This document shows, piece after piece, positions 1-8,400 of a stretch of 48,527 nucleotides of DNA; position 1 is the stretch's first letter, and each line of letters opens with the position of its first letter. The notes under the pieces are model-generated. The model was given only the letters and a program-made list of their open reading frames with translations. It made no database searches and had not been told where the DNA came from. The position numbers and the translations under genes were made by a program. Source of the DNA: a virus (lineage: Duplodnaviria; Caudoviricetes); IMG/VR virus record IMGVR_UViG_3300035148_000179, positions 1 to 48,527 of that record; one strand, 5' to 3'.

Positions 1-832
1 CCGGCAGCGATACGAGGAGACCTATCTCCCGATCGAGCAGAACCTCATTCAGGAGTTCCAGAACTACGGCTCCGAATCGCGGATGAACAAGGAGCGCAGT
101 CGGGCCATCGCCGACGTCAGCACCCAGTTCGACGCGCAGCGTAGGAACGCGGTATCGCGGCTCGAGTCGTACGGCATCGACCCGTCGCAGACCCGCAACC
201 AGGCGCTCGATCTCAACATGCGTATCGCCCAGGCGGCCACGTCGGCCGGCGCGGCGGACGCAGCAACCCAGCGTGTGGAGAACACGGGCCGAGCGCTTCG
301 AGCCGAGGCCATCAATATCGGTCGCGGCCTCCCGTCTCAGGTGGCAGGCAGCTACGGCCAGTCGATCGCCGCCGGCCAGGCCGGCGTCGGTGGCGCGAAC
401 CAGACCACGGGGACCAGCACCGGCGCGCTGACCTCGGGCACCGCGTTCACGGGCCAAGCGATCCAGGCTGCGGGCCAAGCTGGCAACTTCATGAACTCCC
501 AGTTCAACAACGGTATGGCGATCGCCAACTTCAACCAGGCGGGCATGGGCCAGTGGATGGACCTCGCCGGCACGGTCGCGGGCGGCGCCATGGCGATGCA
601 GGAAGGCGGCATCGTTCCCGAAGCGGGCGCGTTGCCCGCATCTCCGATCCCGGGTTCGACTGACCGCAAGCCCATCTTGGCTACGCCGGGAGAAGCTATC
701 GTCGACCTCGACACCACGCGTTGGTACGGCGAGAAGTTCTTCGCTGACCTCAAGAAGAAGGCAGGCGAGCAGCGCATGGCCCTCGAAATCCAGAAGCGGC
801 AGCCGCAGGGCGCCATCCCGGTCGGAGCATAA
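1..832 (+). CDS. Putative ejection/internal virion protein (5'-partial)
   Basis: Frame is open from base 2, upstream of the listed ATG at 83. Ala/Gly/Gln-rich, with C-terminal GSTDRKPILATPGEAIV...YGEKFFADL resembling the GxxDxIPAxLxxGE motif of phage ejection proteins. Lies directly before two larger virion genes. Confidence 0.65.
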   Translation, partial: RQRYEETYLPIEQNLIQEFQNYGSESRMNKERSRAIADVSTQFDAQRRNAVSRLESYGIDPSQTRNQALDLNMRIAQAATSAGAADAATQRVENTGRALRAEAINIGRGLPSQVAGSYGQSIAAGQAGVGGANQTTGTSTGALTSGTAFTGQAIQAAGQAGNFMNSQFNNGMAIANFNQAGMGQWMDLAGTVAGGAMAMQEGGIVPEAGALPASPIPGSTDRKPILATPGEAIVDLDTTRWYGEKFFADLKKKAGEQRMALEIQKRQPQGAIPVGA

Positions 833-834
833 CC

Positions 835-2409
835 ATGGCATTCAGTGACGCATTCGCACGCGGCTACGCTGTCGGCGACTCGATCAGGAAGAAGCGGGCT
901 ACCTCGAAGTTCTTCGAGAAGTTCAAGGAGCTGACCGCCGAAGACGAGGAGGAGATGGTTGCTGAGGATGGGTCTGCCATTCCTCTTGACTCGCCTGCTG
1001 GTGAGGAAGTTGCTGCGGCTATTCCTGCTGCAACGGCAAAGCCTGGCGAAGCTGCTATCCCTGCCGCCACTGCGGGCGTAACCCCTGAGCAGCCTCCGGC
1101 TCCAGCTCCGGCTGCGATCCCCATCGCACCCGAGAAGCCTCCGGCTCCTGCTGCGGAAGCAGCGGCTCCTGCTACTCCCGAGAAACCTGCGACTCCGGCT
1201 GCTGAGGCTGCGATTCCAGTCGAGCCGGAGAAGACGCCGGAGGAGAAGAAGCTCGAGAAAGATATCCAGAAGCAGGCTGAAAAGAAGGCCAAGAAGTCAC
1301 TCGATCAGAACGACATCAAGGACCTTGACCGGCTTGCATTGGAAGCCGCACGTGCGTCCGGTGACGTGCAGGTTTACACCGCGCTGAAGCAGACGACCGA
1401 CTCGTTCCTGCAGGGCAAAGTCTTATCCAATCTGGGTCTAGCCCAGCGAGCCGCACAGAACGACGATATCGACTCAGTCGAGAAGTATCTGAGGAAAGCC
1501 TACCGCTTCGTTCCTGACGGCCAAGGGGTCAAGTTCGAACGGAAAGACGGAAAGCTCTGGGTCAACAGTCCGTGGGAAGACGGCCAGAAGATCCCGCTCG
1601 GGGCCGAGCAGATCGGGTACATCGGCACCATGCTGACCAACCCTGAGAAGTGGTCCGATATCATGCGCGAAGGGCGCAAGGACCGCGCCAAGGCGAAGCT
1701 CGACGAGCGCGGCGTGGCGGTGCAAGAGGGGAACCTCGACGTCAACAAGCGGCGTGCCGACATCGAGGCGCAGCGGCTCAAGGATCAGCGTGCCGAGTTC
1801 GTAAAGACCCATGCACTCGCGCAATCGAAGGAAGCCCGCGAGGCGGCTGGGCAGAAGTACGACAACCTGGTCAAGATGGCGCAGGCGGCGAACTACTACG
1901 CCGAGGCCGAGTACACGCGCGCGGGCAAGAGCGGCGCAGCTGGCGGCATGAAGCCGGACGATATGCGCCAGTACGGCATCGCGGTGAGCAACGAGCTCGA
2001 TGGATTCCTGGCACCGACTATGCCTCCTGATCCGAACAACCCAGTTGCGAAGCCGACCGTTGGGGCTCCGCCGCGTGGATACGAGATGTTCGTTAACACC
2101 GAGGGTGAGGGTAAGGACAGGCGGCCGATTGGTGGGCTGAGCGTGCTCGGCCTGCAGGCGAAGGATCTCGGCGGTGCCATCGGTATCGCTAATCCTGAAC
2201 TGGGTGCGGCCGGCGCAGCCCGTGCAGGCCTGGAGATTACGCGAGCCCTCGTGGATCCGAAGGGGCCAAACCTTGCGGTATCGCCGTCGCGCGGTACTGT
2301 CACGATCCCGATCGGCGGTCGGCTCGTAGCAGTGAGGGTCCCGCCTGCCATCATGGAATCATTCATCGCTGCGGCCAAGCAACAGCAGCCGAAGCCTGAG
2401 AGCAAGTAA
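835..2409 (+). CDS. Putative ejection/internal virion protein, 524 aa
   Basis: Long ORF beginning MAFSDAFARGY, with a Pro/Ala/Glu-rich linker and coiled-coil C-half. Stop overlaps the next start (TAATG). Confidence 0.65.
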   Translation: MAFSDAFARGYAVGDSIRKKRATSKFFEKFKELTAEDEEEMVAEDGSAIPLDSPAGEEVAAAIPAATAKPGEAAIPAATAGVTPEQPPAPAPAAIPIAPEKPPAPAAEAAAPATPEKPATPAAEAAIPVEPEKTPEEKKLEKDIQKQAEKKAKKSLDQNDIKDLDRLALEAARASGDVQVYTALKQTTDSFLQGKVLSNLGLAQRAAQNDDIDSVEKYLRKAYRFVPDGQGVKFERKDGKLWVNSPWEDGQKIPLGAEQIGYIGTMLTNPEKWSDIMREGRKDRAKAKLDERGVAVQEGNLDVNKRRADIEAQRLKDQRAEFVKTHALAQSKEAREAAGQKYDNLVKMAQAANYYAEAEYTRAGKSGAAGGMKPDDMRQYGIAVSNELDGFLAPTMPPDPNNPVAKPTVGAPPRGYEMFVNTEGEGKDRRPIGGLSVLGLQAKDLGGAIGIANPELGAAGAARAGLEITRALVDPKGPNLAVSPSRGTVTIPIGGRLVAVRVPPAIMESFIAAAKQQQPKPESK

Positions 2410-5400
2410 TGCCCATCGTCATCGACGAGGAAGCGGGCGTCCAGGTAACAGGCTCCGGCGGGCTCTCGATCCCCGGGCCGGTGCCTGCGAGCATGCGCGA
2501 AGAAACCGACCGCCTCTACAAGGAAGCGGCCGCTGGTATCAAGAAGGACTTCCCGGGTATTGAGTTCGGTATCCCGATGCGGCGCGGCGCGGCGGCCGCC
2601 GGCGGAGAGGCTGCGGCTGCACCGGCCGTATCAGACGAACCGGACTTCCTGCTTGGCCCCACGGAAGAAGCCCCGCCTGAGCCAGAAGCGCCTGCGCCTC
2701 CGAAGGAACCGCCGATTGGGTGGTTCAACGCGATGACGCGCGGCCTGGCCGAGCGCACTGCAAACATGGTGGGGTTCATCCCTGATACTGCCAACACGAT
2801 CGCTGACCTCCTGCCTGACTGGATGGATCAGGGGTTGGTGGTGGATCAAGACGGCATCCGTCTGGCCAGCGGCAAGGAGTACACCGACGTCTCAGTTGCC
2901 AAGTCGGCAAGCGAGGGGTTGGGCAACGCCAACTTCGGTTCGAACCGTGGCACCTTGGCCACGCCAGAGGAGATCAAGGCGCAGTGGGCCAGCGGCGACA
3001 AGATGTCCGCCACCGGCAACGCGGTCCAGTTCGGTATCGAGCAGGGGCTCCTGTCTCTGCCGGACATGATTGCCATCATGGCGAACGCGCCGCTCTACTA
3101 CATCGGTCTGTCCAGTGACTATGCGCAGCAGCGTGCACAGAACGATGGGCGCGACAAAGCCAATGCGGCCGACGCGCTGATCGCAGCAACCACTGGTGCC
3201 GTCGTCGCCAAGCTCGAGAAGATCGGTGCTGAGAAGGTCTTCGATAAGTTGGGCGCTGCGACGAAAGGCAAGGTACGTGATTGGCTCGAGAAGATAGTCA
3301 CCGAGGGAATCACCGAAGCCGTACAGAACCCTGTCGAATACGTCGGCACGCGGCTCGCTACTGAGAAGGCTGGCGAAGTCACGGCTGGCGCTGTCGGGGA
3401 ACAGGCCCTGTTCGGCGCACTGGGCGGCCTGGGCGGCGGTGCTGCCATTGGTGGCGCTACCACGTTGCTCAGTCCGAGCCGCGAACAGCCGGCCCCGCCG
3501 GCCCCGGGCGTTCGAACGCCTGTTACAACGCCGCCAGCTGGTGGCGCACCGGTGGCGGGTGCCGCACCGCCCCCTGCCGGCCCAGGTGGGCCCGGCGGTC
3601 CCGCCCAGCCTGCGGCCCCAGCCGCGAGCCAGATGCCGAAGCCGGGCGACGCGGTCATTTTCAAGCCGTTGCCGAACCAGGATGGTGTCGTAGTCGAAGT
3701 CCAGCAGGTGGACCCCAAGACGCAGACCGCCATGGTGGCGCGCGTCGACCCCGAGTCTGGCGAGGCCATCATGGACGAGGACGGCAAGCCCGTCACGTTC
3801 ATCGCCACGTTTGGCGACCTAGGGCTGAATGCTCCGGCGGCCGCACCCGTCGCGGCCGCGCAGCCCGCCGTGCCGGTCAAGCCGTCGGCTGTTCCGCCAG
3901 CGGCAACCAGTGTTGAGCCGACGTCGGACGTCGCCGGCCAGCTCAAGGATATGTGGCGCGCGGATACTGGGCGGCGAGGCGTATACATCTCCGCTCCCAC
4001 CGTAGCGAAGATGAAGCAGGAAGGGACGTTCGACGCCCTGAAGAAGTCCGGCCAGATCGAGGAGAACTTCGACGGCCAGGGTGGCACGCTGATCGTCAAG
4101 TCCAAGAAGGATCTCGACGAGGCCCGCGCGGCCCGCGACGGCGGCCAGACTGACATGCAGGCGATCGTCGGTTCCTTGACCGGGGCCGGGGTGGCCAAGC
4201 CCAACGTGCCCGCGCCGGCCGTTGTGCAGCGCAAAGACGAGACCGGGGCTGTCGTGCAGCAGACCGCCGTGCCGCCGGGCGCGGCCGCAGCCACGGCTGC
4301 CGCAGTGGCGACTCAGCCTGGCACGGTGGAAGTCGTCACTCCAGAAGTGGCCCTGGCCGAGCGCGCGGCAAAGGTTGAGGCGGAACAGGCCGCTCCGCCT
4401 ACGCTGGAGCCCGTGGCGCCGACCACAGAAGTGCCCGTTGAATCGCCCAAGCCCAAGGCGAGGACCGCCCTGGCGCAGCTGGACGACGCTCTGAGCTTCG
4501 CTATCCGGGCGATGAACACCACGAAAGGCGCGAACAGCGTCAAGGTCGACGTCCGCGAGGCGGCCGTGGCCGTCGGGACTCTGGCCCAGGCCTTGCGGCC
4601 GGCGATCGCCGAGGCCCAGCGCCGGGGCGCGACGGACGAGGACGTAGCCCAGGCGGCTGAGGCGGCCGCGCTGGCTGAGAGGCTGACCGAAAAGCAGGAA
4701 GGTGACTTCAAGAAGGGCCGGGGTGTCAGCGAGCCGAAGCTGCGCGTACACCTGGCCAGGCTGAGCGACGCCGTGGCCTCGCTCGAGCAGTGGGCAGACA
4801 AGCCCCTGGTTGGCGAGACCCCGCCCGCCAAGCAGACCAAGGCCGAGAAGGCCAAGACGGTGTCCAAGAAGAAGGAAGCCAAGATCCAGGAACCGGCTAA
4901 GGAGCCGACCAAGGAAGACCGTCGCACCGCCGAGGGCGCAGCCCTGCGTGCCCGCATCGAGGCGATGTCGCCCGAGGAACGGGAAGCCGCCATCATGCGG
5001 CACGACCTGACTGGCCTGCCGAACCGCCGCGCGCTGGATACCGCGCCGGTGTCGCCTGCGTATGCAGAGGTGGATGCCGATTCGCTGAAGTGGGTGAACG
5101 ACAACATGGGTGAGGAAGCTGGCAACCAGCTCCTCAAGAACGTGGCCAAGGCGCTGTCCAACCAGGACGGCGTCACTGCCTACCATGTGTCAGGCGACGA
5201 GTTCTACATCACGGGTGAATCCGAGGCGGTGATCGAAGCCGCGCTGAAGGCGGCCGCCCGGGAATTGGTGAGCCTGCCGGTGAAGTCCGGTGAGACTCTC
5301 GTCACGCCCCAGATCACGTGGGGCACGGGCACGACCCGCGAAGCGGCGTCGGCCAAGATGAAGGAACAGAAGGTAGCGCGCGAGGCCAAGGGCAAGCGCG

Positions 5401-8400
5401 CCGGCCGGGGCAAGACGCCCGGCAGCTACAAGAACACGAAGCAGGCTGAGCTTCCGCTGAGCCAGGGCACTACGGTCAAGGTCTCCAAGACCAAGACCAA
5501 GTATGTCCCGCCGAAGAAGCGCGAACCAACGTCGGATCAGGTGGCGGATCAGGTGGCTGAGCAGACGGCTGCACCGCAACTCGAGACCGTCAGCCTGGCG
5601 CCGAGCAACGTGGCAGGACAGGAAGCCCAGTTCATGGCCGAGCTGCTGCGGGCCGATCCGCAGGAACTCGCCAACGAAGCGCAGATGGACAAGAGCGGTC
5701 GGCTGACCGCCATCCTGCGCAACGTGATCAGCGCCATGAACAACCGTGGCAACTGGACTGGGTGGTTTGCCGCTGTCACGCGCAGCGAAGTACTCACTCG
5801 TGAGCAGCGCACTCAGCTGTTCACCTTGATCCGTGAATACTCTGAGGTCAGTGATCGAGATATCGGCCCTGTACGCGAGCAGATCCTCGGCCTCGTCACC
5901 AACCTTGACGGCAAGACCCTGCCTCCTGACGCCATCGCTGCTGTATTCGAAGCGGCCAATGTCGCTCGCGCGTACCTGACGATCCGCGAGAACATGCTCA
6001 CCGAGGAAGACGTACTCGAGATCGAGGCAGAGACCAAGCGTACCGAATTCGATACGGGCTCGATCAACAAGACGACCGGCCAACTGTCGACCCGCAAGAA
6101 CGACGAGATCGCTCGTGCCAAGACCCTGGACGAGATCGGCAACGCGGTCGAAGCGCTGCCTAATTCGATCGACGTGCTCAACGAGTTGATACAGCTGGAG
6201 CCTACCGCCTTGAAGAAGGCGCTTGTTGGGTTGTGGAACGCGGCCGCACAGAACCGCTGGATCAACGGCGTGATGGCGAAGGCGATGCAGGATCAGGCTA
6301 CTGGCAAGCCGATGCTCAGCTCGCACGCTTTGATGGATGGATTTCTGAACCGTCTATCCATGGTACAGGACGATACTGGACTGCGACGAATCCTCACGTC
6401 GATCCGCCGCGTCATGCCGAATGTGCCTGTCGAATTCTATGACTCGGGAACCCTGCCGATCGGCCTCGAAGGGCAGGTGCTCGATCCGGCCGGCGGCCGA
6501 TATTTCCCGCAGGGGTTCCTCCAGCTGGCGGTGGCGACGGACGAAAACGGCCTACCGATGTGGGACCTACACACGCTGCGCACGTTTATCCACGAGTCAG
6601 TCCACTCGGCGACGATCTATGAGCTTGAGCGGAATCCGAATGGACCGCTGGCTGTGAAGCTAGAAGCCCTGCGCAAAGAGATCGAGGTGAAGGCGCGTAA
6701 GAAATACGGGCGGCTGATAGTCGATCCAATCCTGGCGTACTACCAGAACAAGCGCAGAGGACCGAAGCCTCCGGGTACCGACAAGATCGGCAGATACCTG
6801 TACGGTCTTACCAATGTGCATGAACTGGCCGCCGAGACCATGTCGAATCCTGGGTTCCAGGCGTTCGTAAACTCGCTTGATCAGACCCCGACAAAGTCGT
6901 GGGCACGCCAGAAGTTCTCTGAGTTCATGCGAGCGGTGAAGGATCTGCTTGGGATCAAGAACCCGAAGGATGGTCGCATCCTTAACGATCTAGTGGTAAC
7001 GACGCTACGCACCATGAATGCTCAGCGCGGCCGACAGAACCGCCGCGAAACGCATTTCCGTCAGGGTGTCGACACACTGATGAAGTATCTGAAGCTGTCT
7101 CGTCTTGACGCTGAGAACGTCATGCGTGGCAGCGCAGCCGGCTTCGATCCGGGAGTGAAGGGCGTCACTGTGCCCGCGCCGCCGCGCGGCGTGGATCCAG
7201 ATTCAGCTGCGTGGCTCGTTGACACGTACTCTGAACAAGCCTACGGCATGGGTGTCGAAGGCCTGACGAAGACGGTGAACGCTGGCCGCATGGCGCCCGC
7301 CGACGCACTCCCGCGTCTGAAGAACCATGAGGCTCTGGCCAATCTGTCTGGTCCGCGTACTGCCGACGCGCTTGGGTGGGTACGCCAGGCGATGCGGTCT
7401 GGCTTTGTAGACAAGGTACGAGACACTGGCCTTGGGTTCGTGACCACAGACTTTCTGGTACGGCGCAGTGCCCGGGTGTTTGGGTCGAGCACCGACTCGA
7501 GCAACCCGCTCGTGAACTGGAAGAACATCCGCGACACCCGTCGATCCTTCTCGAACCAGCTAGCTGAGCTGGCTGAGAAGACGGTCAACTCCAAGTGGAT
7601 GAAGCTCACCCTGACTGAAAGCGAACAGGTCGGCGATGTCCTGCAAGAGACCACCCTCTGGCAGATCGATCCCGAATTGGGTACGAACCAGCCCAAGTTG
7701 CTCCCGCACGTCTCGAAGAAGCGTTGGGACGCGAAGGTTGCCGAGCTCGAAGCCAAGTGGAACGAGCTGAATGAACCGCAGAAGGAGCTGTACCGTTCGG
7801 TGCAGCGGTACTTCAAGACTGAGTACGCCCGTATCCGTAAGGCGAGCATAGATCTCGCCATTGATTTGTACGGTGTAGGCCTCACGCCGCAGCAGAAGAC
7901 CCTGCTGTACGCGCTGAAGAATGCAGACGGCGCCGACCGAATCATTGGGTCGGGGCTAGCCATCGACCTTGGCGATCAGAACGATACGTTCCGCAAGGTC
8001 GTCAAGGATCTGGTCAAGGTGTCGGCGATCAGGGGGCCGTACTTCCCGCTGATGCGGAAAGGCGACCTGGTTGTGGAAGCTGCTCGCGAGGGGGTGATCC
8101 AGACCGATGGCGGCGAAGCGGTTGAGTTCTCTACTAAGGAGGATGCCCAGGAAGCTGCTGATGGGATTCGCAGCCTGGCGCCGAAGAATACGGCGAAGGT
8201 GAAGGCGGTGGGGGATAAGTTCGTGGTGCACTACAAGATGCGTCACGTATCTTTCCATACGAACCAGACCGATGCATTCGACGCGATTGCACAGTTGAAG
8301 CAGAAAGGGTTTGCCGTTGAAGGTGACGTCTTCACTCGCAAGCTCGAGTCAGTCGAGAGCGCCAGCCTCACCGAAGGGCTGAAGGAACTGATGGCGAAGG

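Noticed and set aside
3119-6326. Long minus-strand ORFs (391, 455, 287 and 378 aa) opposite the giant gene
   Set aside because: Antisense shadows of a GC-rich, codon-biased gene; no motifs or RBS.
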